Assembly: GCA_025558095.1 (NCBI GenBank)
Contig: JAIVFI010000013.1
Span: forward strand, 620,001 to 684,000
Direction of reading: 5' to 3'
DNA from: Hyaloraphidium curvatum SAG 235-1
Lineage: Eukaryota > Fungi > Monoblepharomycota
Length of the DNA stretch: 64,000 nucleotides
Positions 9,522 through 19,800 of the stretch are shown piece by piece. A program made the translations under genes and the position numbers. Every line of letters begins with the position of its first letter. Position 1 is the first letter of the stretch. The notes under the pieces were generated by a model. The model made no database searches. It saw only the letters and a program-made list of their open reading frames with translations, and had not been told where the DNA came from.

Positions 9522-11807
9522 TCAGCACGCCCACGCCGCCAGCACCCGATCCGCCGCGGCCTGCACCTCCAGGAAGCTCTCCCCCTGCTTGGCGTCGTCC
9601 CACCGTGCCAACGCCGCGCGGATGCCCAGCGGGAACAGCTCCTCCTCCGCCGCGAACGCTGTGCTACCCGCTGAGATGCCCGAGTTGGACGATGCCGAGG
9701 CGGCGAGGATGAAGGAGGCGGAAGCGCCGGGGAAGGACGGGGACAGGGGGGGAGGGGGGGAGGGGTGGAGGAGCTCGGCGGCGGCGGCGCGGAACTCGTC
9801 CGCCACGAGGCGGGCTGTCCGAATCGGCGATCGCAAGGTCAGCACGCGGTCCTCGAGCCCGGCCGGGGAGAAGCCACCCACCGACGCCCCCGTGCCGCGC
9901 GCCCCACGCCTCCAACCACCCCTCCGCCGTCTTCACGTCCGCCGCGAATTCCCCCGGATCCCCCTCCACCGTCCCCACCCGCCCCATGAGCCTCCTCCCC
10001 GCGAGCGCCAGCGCGCCCGCCCTCACGACGTGCTGCACCGCATCGTGTCCGAAACCCCTCCCGCCGGCACTGCGCAGCGTCCGCATGAACAAGGCCGCGT
10101 CGGCCAGCACCCCCGCGAACCCCGGCGCGGTCCACAGCCTTGCATCGTTACCCGCCGCGGGCCTGCACCCCGCCAGCAGCGCGTCCATCCCCCCCGCGGC
10201 CGCGCACGCCGCCAGGCCCAGCGCCGCCGCCGCGTGCCCCGGATGCGAGAACGGCCTCCCCGCGTCGGCGAGGAACCCCGCCGCGTCGCCCCGCGCCAGC
10301 GCCGCCGCGTGCGGGTCGGGGAACGCGGGGGCGATCGACCGCCCGAGGGCGGCGAGGAGCGCGGAATGCGCGGCGTGCGCGCGCTCGTCCGCGTCGCGCT
10401 CGGCGTCGGGGAGGGCGGCGGCGCGGAGGGCGTCGACGCCCTGCGCGCGCGCGAATTCCGCGAGGCGGCAGCGCAGGGCGCCGTACAGCGCGGCGAGCAG
10501 GCGGAGCGACATGTGCGACGCGAGGCGGGAGAGCGCGGGGGAGACGAACTGCGCGGCGAGCGCCGCGCATGACTCGGGCCGGGGGTCGGCGAGGAAGGGC
10601 GCGGGGCGGACGGCGGCGGGCGGCAGGGGGAGGAGGGAGTGGGCCAACGGCGGGTCGGGGTGGTCGAAGAGCGAGTCGTGGTGCGGGAGCGGGATGTAGC
10701 CGTCGTCGAAGTACGTGGCGTGCGGGCGGCGGTGGCCCTGCAGGGCGAAGGAGCTGCGCGCGTGGGGGGGTGGAGGCGTCAGCGCATGCCCCACCGCGCC
10801 GCATCCCGCCGAGAGCCACCCACACGTCCAGCGACGCCACCAGGATGTACGTCCTCAGCATCATCTCGTTCTCCACCCACTCCTCCGCACCCCCGGGCGC
10901 CGCCAGGTGCGCGAACCTCAGCGTGCCCTGCGGCGGCCGGGGGAGCATCCTCTCCGCCGCCGCCGCCGCGGTCCTCAGCAGCGCCCCCGCCCTCGGCGCG
11001 TGGCCGTGCGGCGCCAGCGCGTGCACGAGCAGGATCGATGCCTGCGCGGCTTCGAGGTCCGTCATTCCCGGGGTCGGGGAGCCGGGGTTGTAGGAGGAAA
11101 AGACGAGCGCGCAGGCGGCGTCGCAGAGCGCCGCCGAGCGCAGGATGCGGTCCTCCTCCGGCAGCCCTGCGGCATGCAGGATGCCGCAGGCGGCCATCGC
11201 TAAAGCCAGTGCCTGCGGCGGCTGGCGGTAGATCGTGGAGGGGGAGCAGAGGGCGACGTCGAAGGTGGCTCTGTGGACGATTGGGAGCGAGGGGTGCAGG
11301 GAGGCCCAGAAGGTGGTCAGGCCGAGGTCCGCCGAGGCTGGGGAGCGCCGAGGTCCAATAGGAAATTGATCCGGAGGAGGTCAGTCAGGGGAGAAGGGCG
11401 GCCGCCGAGGCCGGCCCACCTGCGAGGTCGCTCCCCGTGCCGCCGGCCGCCTCGTCCTTGACCTCCCTCCGCGCCTCCTTCCGCTTCTCATCCCTGGGCG
11501 GCGGCGGCGCCGGCGACCCCGAATCGCCCTCCGCGGCGTCCGACGACCCGCTCGACGACAGCGCGCGGCGCCACTCTGCCCTCGCCCTCCTCGCGTGCTT
11601 CCGCGGCTCGCACGCCCGCTGCAGCTTCCGGCACCGCTCGCACGCCCCCGCTCCCGGCTGGAAGTGGCACTTTTTACGGTGCTTCCAGCACGAGGTGCTG
11701 TTTGGAGGTCAGAGACGGCCGGCAGGAACACGGACCGCGGAGGAGACCCGCCATGCCGACGAGGGCGCCCGCGGCGAGCCCGGGGGGTCCGACTCGGCGT
11801 CGCCCAT
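9522..11807 (-). CDS. Zn(II)2Cys6 fungal transcription factor with Fungal_trans middle region (5 exons; first intron GC-AG 11698-11751)
   Basis: Spliced CTSCWKHRKKCHFQPGAGACERCRKLQRAC binuclear cluster; FWASLHPSLPIVHRATF motif; last exon ARLVADEF...VLAAWAC*. Confidence 0.85.
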
Positions 11808-12165
11808 CCCGCGGCGGGGCGGCGGCCGGGCAGTCGGGGCCGGGAAACAGAGGGGGAGTGGTGTCGCTCGGACGTCGGCGTCAGCTCGGAATCCGCCGGC
11901 CGGAGGGTCCGGATATGCTGTGCATGTCGAATCGATCCCTACGCGCGCCGAAGTCGGGGAGCCGATCGCGGTGGCCGCCGCACCGGATCAACGTCCTGAG
12001 GCGGATCTTCGAAATAGGAAGCGCGGCCGAGGCGGCCGAGGGCTGTCCGGCGCACGGGGAAGCAGCGGGCGGTCTGTCCGGTGACGTAGGGAAAGATCGG
12101 TCCCTTTCCAATAGGGCCAGGCCCACCAGACCACACAGCAGATTGCCGCCGGCCGCCCGGCGCCG

Positions 12166-13479
12166 ATGGCGGTCCCTTGCCGGCGGCCGCTGCTGTTTGC
12201 GGCGGGTTTGGCCGTCGCCCTGTTTCTGCTCCCGCGGGGCGGCTGCCGCGTGGCCGTGACGGTGCTGCCCGACGGCCTGCGGGCGCTCGACCTCTCGGGG
12301 TGCGGCCTGAGCTCGCTGCCGGCGGCGGCGCTGGACCTCCTGCGGCGCGACCGCGATGTGGCCGTGCTGTACGCGTCGGGCAACCGGCTGTCGGCCCTGC
12401 CGGACCTGTCGGCCACCGGCGTCACCCGCCTCGGCCTGCGCGGCAACAAACTGGCCGGCCCGCTGGACTGCTCGCGGCTCCCTCCCGCGCTGGAGCACCT
12501 GATCCTGACGGACAACGCGCTGACTTCGATCCCCGAGGACTGCGAGGCCAAGTTCCGCCGCCTGAAGAAGCTCATGCTCGCGCGGAACGGCCTCAGGCGC
12601 TGGCCGGACATCCGAACGCCGAAGCTGGAGCTCGTCCGCCTGGCGCAGAACGATCTGCGGGAGGTGCCGCGCGCGCTGCTGGACCGGAGGAAGGCGCCCG
12701 AGCTGCGGTGGCTGTCGCTGGGGAGCAACCCGTGCCGCCCCCTGCCTCCCAACCCGCTCGCCTCCCTCCCGCCCAAATCCCTGTCGGACGTCTGCCCGAA
12801 CGGCACCCAGGAGCCCCTGGGCAAGGGCACCAGCGGCACCGCCCTGCGCTGCGGCACCCGCGTGGTCAAGCGGTTCGCCGGCCTCTCCTCGGACGGCGAC
12901 AGGGCCTACGAAGCCGCCGCCACCGCCCTCGTCCCGCACAACCCCTCCCTCCTCCCACCCACCGCCAGCGTCGACCGCGGCGCCGCCTTGGCGTTCCCTT
13001 TGGTCGCAGGGAAGCCCGCCGCGAAGCCGCCCTCGGCGCGGACCGTCTCGCGGGACGTGTACCCCCCGTCCGCCCAGAGGATCCCGCCGGGGGAGGTGGC
13101 GGCGATGCTCCGTTCCCTCTCGGACGGCATCCGCGCGCTGCACCTCGCCGGCGTCGTGCACGGCGACGTCTACGCGCACAACGTGCTCCTCGTGCCCCCC
13201 TCGGGCAACGACGGATGGCGCGCGGTGCTGATCGACCTCGGCGCCGCCACCCTCACGTCGGGCCTGGACCCGGAGGAGAGGAAGGCGCTGGAGAACCTGG
13301 ACTGCAGGGCGTTCGGGACGATGGTATGGGAGTGGGCGGGGCATCTGGCGGAGGAGGGGGGAGGGAAGGAGCTGAGGAAGGAGGTGGAGGGGATGGATCC
13401 GTGCGGCAAGGGGAAACACGGGGAGGGAAAGAGGAGGGGGAAGCACGGGGAGAGGAGGGGGAAGCACGGGGACGATTGA
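12166..13479 (+). CDS. Leucine-rich-repeat protein kinase resembling the bacterial-type LRR-kinase family (intronless)
   Basis: LRRs (LEHLILTDNAL, LKKLMLARNGL, LELVRLAQNDL, LRWLSLGSNP); kinase motifs LGKGTSG, VVKRF..SSDG, HGDVYAHNVL, LIDLGAA, DCRAFG. Confidence 0.85.
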   Translation: MAVPCRRPLLFAAGLAVALFLLPRGGCRVAVTVLPDGLRALDLSGCGLSSLPAAALDLLRRDRDVAVLYASGNRLSALPDLSATGVTRLGLRGNKLAGPLDCSRLPPALEHLILTDNALTSIPEDCEAKFRRLKKLMLARNGLRRWPDIRTPKLELVRLAQNDLREVPRALLDRRKAPELRWLSLGSNPCRPLPPNPLASLPPKSLSDVCPNGTQEPLGKGTSGTALRCGTRVVKRFAGLSSDGDRAYEAAATALVPHNPSLLPPTASVDRGAALAFPLVAGKPAAKPPSARTVSRDVYPPSAQRIPPGEVAAMLRSLSDGIRALHLAGVVHGDVYAHNVLLVPPSGNDGWRAVLIDLGAATLTSGLDPEERKALENLDCRAFGTMVWEWAGHLAEEGGGKELRKEVEGMDPCGKGKHGEGKRRGKHGERRGKHGDD

Positions 13480-13691
13480 CGTGGTGGTGCGGGATATGAT
13501 TCGTTCATCGTTCAAATACAATCAGACACAGAGCATTTGCTTGGGGCCACCATGTTGCCTAAGGAGTAGAAGGATTGCGGCCGCCGGTGGGCTCGATGGC
13601 AGGACGCGGTGCCGACGGACGTGTTCCTGCCGAAACGGGGGCGCATCAGTTTCGGCGCGCTGTGCTGTAGCCTCCTCGGGGCAACGTACGT

Positions 13692-13961
13692 TCAGTGCTT
13701 CACCAGGTTGTAGTGTTTGGTGCAGTAGGGCGCTAGGGGGTCGATCTTCTTCTGGATCTTGCTTTTGCAGAGCCGCCTCTCCTCGGGGATCCAGTGGTGG
13801 CACTGCGAGGAGTTGCAGTAGTTGACGGTCTCGATGCGCCCGTCGTTGAAATGTCTCTTCATCTTGTAGTACGCAGGCTGGTCGCAATGCCTGAGCTCGC
13901 AACTCTTGGGCAGCAATCGCGGGAAGTCCCGCGGCATGCTTTCGACGGTGTAGTGGACCAT
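13692..13961 (-). CDS. Small Cys/His-rich hypothetical protein (89 aa)
   Basis: GC3-biased codon usage like host genes; six Cys plus several His, ending YCTKH. Confidence 0.6.
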   Translation of the reverse strand: MVHYTVESMPRDFPRLLPKSCELRHCDQPAYYKMKRHFNDGRIETVNYCNSSQCHHWIPEERRLCKSKIQKKIDPLAPYCTKHYNLVKH

Positions 13962-14289
13962 GGCTTGTCTGGGGCCGGTTTGGTAGGTGCTAGTGCCAAG
14001 GAAGGAAGCTTGTCGGCTTTGGAATTCGCTTCGTTGCTTCCGAGTCCTTCGCGACCCGTTCTATTGTACTCGAGGTCGGGGCTTACTCGTGTGGCGAATC
14101 CCCTATTCTGTGCCCGAGCCAGGCCGAGCCGCGCGCTACAGCCCCGACGCGTCGCAGCCCGTGAAGAAACCGCACCGCCGCGGGCGGAACATGCGGACAA
14201 GATTGGGAGACGGTTTTGGGCGGGCCAGTATCGGACCTGACGCGGTAAGTAAGGTGGGGATCTGGTCCGTCCAATTGCAGCAACGCGAT

Positions 14290-15716
14290 CGGTCAGGTGC
14301 GCGCCTCCCAACTCTTCTCCTCGGCATCGGTGGCCCACCGCACGCCCCGAATCCCAAAAGACAACCTCCTCGGGAAGCAGCGGGTGCACGACCGAGATCA
14401 CCAGCTCCCCAAAGTCGCATCTGGCCACGCGCCCCCGACCCACTCGATCGCTCCCCGGCCCGTGGAGAACCTTGGGTTCACCGATTCGTAGTGCCTCAGC
14501 ACGAGCCTCTTGAGGCCGCGCGGGGTGCCCGGCGAGAGGATGAGCTTCTCCGCGTTCTCCCACCGCCCCCCGTTTAGCTCGAGGTGTTCGACTCCCATTC
14601 CGGCGATTGCCGTCCCAATCCAGGCCCAGCAGCTTGCCGTCGCCGATCGAGAGCTGCGGACACCGGGGCGGTGTGAGAGCGGTTCGACCCAATCGTAGAG
14701 CACCCCCGACCGGCCCTTCGTTCTCTCTTCCCCCCCCCCGCGGCGGGGCCATGGGCGCTGCGGTCGGACCGGTGCTTCGGTGGGCGTCTCCAGCCATGCG
14801 CCGCGCGGCCGACCCCAATCCTCGCGCAGATAGTTTTCCGGCAGCGACTAAACTACGGATCTGGAAGATAGCAGTGCTCTTGGATGGAGCAAAGTGGCAG
14901 CGGCGGGGCCATGGGCGCTGCTGTCGGACCGGCGCTTCGGTGGGCATCTCGAGCCATGCGCCGCGCGGCCGACCCCAATCCTCCCGCAGATCCTGGCCAG
15001 CTTTGCCCGGATCCCCGCGATGGAAGCCCATCCGCCGTCGCGTTCCGTGAGAAGCTGGGCCAGGATGAAGTTCATGCCTTCGAGCCTCGGCGCCCGATGA
15101 TCGGCAAGCATGTCCCGGAGCGCGGTGAGATCCGGATCGACGGCGTTGACGACCACCTTAAGGACGAGGCGGCGGACCGAGGACGGGAACACGGAAGTGG
15201 CGTCGAATTCGAAAGCTGCTTCCCCGTAGAGGTTCAGCCTGAGCCATTTGAGCTCCTTCGCGTCCTGCAGCAGAGTCCAGACCGGCTTGAAGGTTCCCGC
15301 TCCACGCGCCTCAATCTCGCATCGCTCGACGCCGCCGACGAGAACCCTGCGCAGTACTTTGAGCTTCTTGCCCGTCCACGACATCCCGGGGGCAATTTGC
15401 AAGCTCCTCACAAAGCGGGGCACCGGTTATCCGGCGAGAGCGTAGCCCCGGGCCAGCAGCGCCAGCTTCTCGGGCCCGCGCGCGTCACGCGGCCCGAGCG
15501 CGAGGTCGTCTGACTTGTTGGCGAGCATGAAACGCAGGAGCCTGGCGTTGAGCCTCCGGAGGGCGAGGACCTCCATGACCGCCGAGAGGAGCTCGTTGGG
15601 GAGCGCCGGGTCGGGCTGCGGTTCCAGGGGGTGCGGTTCCACGAAAGCGGCAGCGGCTTGCGCATCGTCTTTTTGAGAGTGCCGGGCTCTGACTGAGGCG
15701 CGGGAGTTCTCTTCAT
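14290..15716 (-). pseudogene. F-box/LRR-like pseudogene
   Basis: ALPNELLSAVMEVL F-box-like start; frameshift near 15670; in-frame TAA at 15427-15429 with the frame continuing (ORF 14848-15423); internal duplication and further broken LRR-like fragments (VEHLELNG, LKRLVLRH). Confidence 0.6.
14741..14991. repeat. Diverged ~91-bp direct repeat (14741-14831 and 14901-14991)
   Basis: cggcggggccatgggcgctgc...gaccccaatcctc(g/c)cgcagat occurs twice, 160 bp apart, with a few substitutions. Confidence 0.9.
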
Positions 15717-16229
15717 CGTGGGCGGCCGGCAAGACAAGGCGTGGGACCGATGATGTGGCACGAGCGCCGCAAGTCACAAGAAGCCGCTCCTGCCGCCATC
15801 CCAGACGTCGAGATATATGTATAGAACACTCTACGACGCCACCAGTTCCTCCCAGACCTGGATCGCCACCATCTCCGCCGTAGCCCACCAATGTGCCGGC
15901 CTCGAACCCAACGGGTCCAATACTTCGCATCCACCACGTCGTCCGCGAACTGGCGCGGGAGGAGCCAGGTGCGGACCGCATCCCGGAGCAGGTGATCCGC
16001 CGGGCTGGCCCCCTTGTACACCAACATCCTAAGCACAGGGTGCAGCAGAGCGCTCGTGCCGTACGAATCGGGCGGGCCGCCGTGCTTTTCCAGAGCCCAG
16101 CGTGCCGTCCGGAAAAAGGAAGGTGAGGAATCGAACAAGTGAGGATGCCGCCGGCGAATAAAGATTGAGAAGTCCAGCTCCTCGAAGAAGGTCGGATCCT
16201 TGAACAGGTGTTCGCATGCCGGAACGTAC

Positions 16230-17114
16230 TTTCTCGCCAGTGGGCACGGGAGAGTCTGGTGGAGCGCGACGTACGGAGCGCGACGTACCGATGCGGCTCC
16301 CGCGTGGATGACAGAGAATGGGGGGCATTTGCATCGGCACTGACAGGTAAGCACCGCGAGATGAGCTGCGCTAGCGCGATTTTGATTGCCCGTGCTTCCA
16401 CCTGCGCGTCTAGGCGAATGAGGAACTGATCGAAAGTGAGAATCGCGTAGCATAGGATGCGGTTGCTGTCCGAACCGTGATCATGAGAACCTGCGCGTAC
16501 CCAGACTTTGTCGAGGTGGAGCCCGCGTAAGAGGCCAATGGGCACGGGCATTCTGGATCGCCCGCGTCGTGTTCAAGTAGAGAAAAAGTAGCCGATAGGG
16601 TGGAGGCCACCTCCGCCTCCTTATCGGGATCCGTGCCGTCGAGTTGATTGAAGGCGCTCGCTCCGCACGCGTCAATCCACCTCGCGAGTCCTGCACACAC
16701 GCTCCCGTCTTCCGTCTGAGGGCCGCTCCAGACCTGAAGGCGCTTGGAACGGGAAAAGATGTGCGAGATGAACGAGAAATGCAGCACGGTGAGGGTCATG
16801 ACCTGTGCCGCGAGTCCAACCGCAGCTCCTCGGACATCGAAAGCGCCGGAGGCCAGCGCTGGGGCCCACGTCGCCACCAGCAGCGCGATTTCCGGCGTGT
16901 AGAGGAAAATGGTGCGCGATACGGGCATGCGGTTGAACTTTGGCAGGGCGTAGAACGCGACGACGCGTTGGCAGCGCCCTCCTCGCGAGATTCCGCCATC
17001 GAGGCAGGGTGGGCCCGCGAAATCTCCACCCCGGAGATATCCGCGGCCGGCGTTTGTGGGCGTGCGGAAGGAAGGATGGAAAGGCGGAAGATCCTCTCCC
17101 GCTCGGACAGCCAT
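16230..17114 (-). pseudogene. Frameshifted, truncated paralogue of the 7-TM gene at 3317-4879
   Basis: LLEHDAGDPECPCPLASYAG ~ LLAHDPLDRLCPCPLPSCAG; IRLDAQVEARAIKIALAQLISRC ~ IRLSHRLQHRGMSIALADLMDRF; YVALHQTL ~ YVAMHAQL. These motifs lie in three different frames; 14-bp tandem duplication at 16261-16288. Confidence 0.75.
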
Positions 17115-17169
17115 CGCACCACGCCTTCACACCGGACTCCATAGCCTCCACTGCGCCGTTTCCCGCGCC

Positions 17170-17973
17170 ATGGGTCGGCCGGGGAGCTCGAAAGACGAGC
17201 AGCCGGAGCGGGAGGCGACGCAGGGGCAACAAGGGAACCCAATGCGCGCTCGCGCCTCGCAGGACACGAACGCGTTGCTGGCAACCGAGCACGCGAATGA
17301 AACCGACCCGCCGCCTCCCTACTCGGAATTCGACGGCGTTGCGGGTGATGCACCGCGGGAGTCGCCTCCGGAGCGCGATGCGTCGGACGTGTTGGCTCTC
17401 GCCGAGCGATTCCCCCCCGGCACAGCTGCCAAGTTCTCCAACAAGGACCTGAAGCTTGCTCTCTCCACTTTCGCAGGGGCGGATCCCGGCCCGTCGGCCA
17501 CGATGGCGGCGTTCGAGCTCCTGGCGCGGCTCCCGGGGCTCCGCACATCGCTGGACAAGGTCGCGGTGATCGCGGCCTTCACCGACGCAGTGCTTTTCCC
17601 AATGATCACGGATGATGAGCCCCTTGCGGTCCGTCTCCGCAACGCAAGGATCAGGTCTGGGCTGATGGATGCGCCGCCGCGCAAGGGCTTCCGGAGGCCC
17701 ACCGCCGTGACGTCAGATGCCTGGCCGGATGAAGAGTCCGCAGCGGATCCTGCAAAACCTCCATCTCTAATGGCGTTGCACGTCCTTCGCTGCTGGAGGA
17801 GGGTATGGGGCTCAGGACCGTTCGCGGACAGTCTGTGCCGGGACGCGGCGGCGGGCTTTGATGGGTTCACTAAAGCTCTGGAGCAGATCTGCTACCAGAC
17901 GCGAGACAAAAAGCCCGCATACATCGAGCGAGACTACCATGACGCCCTAAAAATGATGGAAGATCTAGTATAG
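17170..17973 (+). CDS. Hypothetical protein (~267 aa)
   Basis: Open frame with coding-like codon bias and a PPPYSE (PY-like) motif; no recognisable domain; start uncertain. Confidence 0.55.
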   Translation: MGRPGSSKDEQPEREATQGQQGNPMRARASQDTNALLATEHANETDPPPPYSEFDGVAGDAPRESPPERDASDVLALAERFPPGTAAKFSNKDLKLALSTFAGADPGPSATMAAFELLARLPGLRTSLDKVAVIAAFTDAVLFPMITDDEPLAVRLRNARIRSGLMDAPPRKGFRRPTAVTSDAWPDEESAADPAKPPSLMALHVLRCWRRVWGSGPFADSLCRDAAAGFDGFTKALEQICYQTRDKKPAYIERDYHDALKMMEDLV

Positions 17974-17986
17974 CTCCCACCAGGGA

Positions 17987-19287
17987 TTACTTGTAGGCGA
18001 GGCCGTTGGTCCAAAACGCGAATGCCCCGGCCAAGGGCACCCTGGTCTGGTACGCACGTTCCCGCGTCTCCCGCCGTTCAGCCTCGGTGTTCCGGGCGTA
18101 GGTGCCGTGGATCATGTCCATGAGGGGCAGGTGCGGCGCAAAGTTCTGGAGGCGTCGTCAGGTGCGCGGAAAACATCCAAATGCGCATCAGACCTTGTTA
18201 ACGAGAATGTGGTGCCCGTCGTGGAACTCGCTCGCCGACTGGAAAAGGAAGTTGTACCCGCTGTGTTGCGCTGCCGTGTGCAGGATCGTGAAGGCTGGGG
18301 ATCGACAATAAAATGAGCCGCAAAGTTGAACGTGCGACGAAACCCATTACCGGTGTGCACCCAGCTGGTGAGCAGATGGCCCCTGATGAGAAGGGGAGGA
18401 ATGCCGACGGACAGCCCGTACAGGAAGAGCTCGACATCGTGGAAAGCGTGATTCGCGCTGACGTGCGTGTAGATGCTGCAAAGAGAGAGCTAGTACCGAG
18501 CAACGAACCAGCGAACCGAAGCACCCACAAGTCGTGGTGAAGGCGGTGAAAGCGGGCGTAGAAGTAGGGCCTGTGCATCAACCTGTGCCTGTTGCAAGGG
18601 TCGTCAGCATGCGGACTCGGGATCGGCAGGCCTTACATACACCCAATAGTCCCATAGATCCGCCAGCATCACGCACGCGAGCTCCTCGAGCAGGATCTGT
18701 CCCCACCACACGGCGGCGGGGTCGCTCTCTCCGAGTGAGACACGGCCCGTCCACAGCGCCCAGGCCAGGAGGCCCTGGACGGGCAGTATGAGGCGGAGGT
18801 AGCCGCCCAGCATAATCCTGAAGCCCGCGATGATCTCCGCGGGGGGAGGGTAGGGCCGTGGTTTGCCCGCGTACGACGTGCGAAAGCGTTCCAGGGCAGG
18901 AAGCCGGAGGAGGTCGAGCGCGGTGTACAGGCCGTTGACTAGGAGCTCGAAAACGAGGGTAATGACGATAGGTCTGCCGCAAACAGAGTTAGCATCGCCC
19001 TGAGCGCTTTGAAGACGAGGAAGGTCTCCCCCACGCGAACGCGAAATAGCGCTTGTCCGCAACCGTCTCCCAAAGCCATGAGTAGCCGGCGTGCACAGGG
19101 TCCCACGCGGGCGGCACGACGTCTTTCAGGGCAAAAAGGAAACTCCGCGGTACCGCCAGCAGCTGGAACCCGTGCGTGCCGTTCTGCGCCGTCTGGAAAA
19201 GTATAGGCGAAATGGGTTTCCGCGCCGCGGGACACGGCCAAGCGCGCCTACCGCGAAGAGCGGCGCCGCCCACGAGGTTGCGGACAT
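17987..19287 (-). CDS. Fatty acid hydroxylase/sterol desaturase superfamily protein (ERG25/FAXDC2-like), ~7 exons
   Basis: Spliced His boxes YWVHRLMH, HRLHH, HSGY, FHDGHH, then NFAPHLPLMDMIHGT; canonical introns. Confidence 0.9.
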
Positions 19288-19800
19288 TCTGGGAGGCGAG
19301 CGGGGTGAAGGAGCAGCGGGCGCGGTCGGCGGTCCGCGTCCACGGTCTTGGCGAGGGGACGGTGTGGAAACCCGCGGATCGACTCTCCCGAACCCGCGGG
19401 CTGTGCGGAGGCCGCAGCGGAACCCTCCAAGGGACAACCCCCGACCGACTGATTTCTGAAGCCATCCACCTGCTCGTCGTTTCAGTCACGCTTACGTCAG
19501 TCCGATCCGTTGGAGATCCGGTTTTTCGCTGGGGCGGGACGAAGTCACTCACCATCGGGCGGATGTAGGAACACGCATGTCGGCAGCAGTTCTACTACTG
19601 AATGGTCTCCCTTCTCACCGTTCTCTTGGGACTCAATCTTGATGTTTCCCCTGGATTCTGGCATGCAGGATCTATGGGAGAAGTTCGCCGCGCCAAGCCG
19701 AATCGGCCCCTCCAAACAATGACGTTTCGAACGAACAAACGGGCGGCTCCGCCTTCATGAAAGGCCCGAAAAGACAGCTATCAGATCGACTGGATAAGTA

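Noticed and set aside
8287-10572. Long antisense/alternate-frame ORFs (e.g. 761 aa here; also 3205-5139, 23277-25196, 39926-41863)
   Set aside because: Arg/Pro/Gly-rich shadow ORFs caused by high GC and GC3 bias of real genes on other frames or strands
13921-14090. RNase MRP-like GGAAGTCCC ... GGGGCTTAC motifs
   Set aside because: The first motif lies antisense within a convincing ORF; spacing is short and other conserved regions are absent
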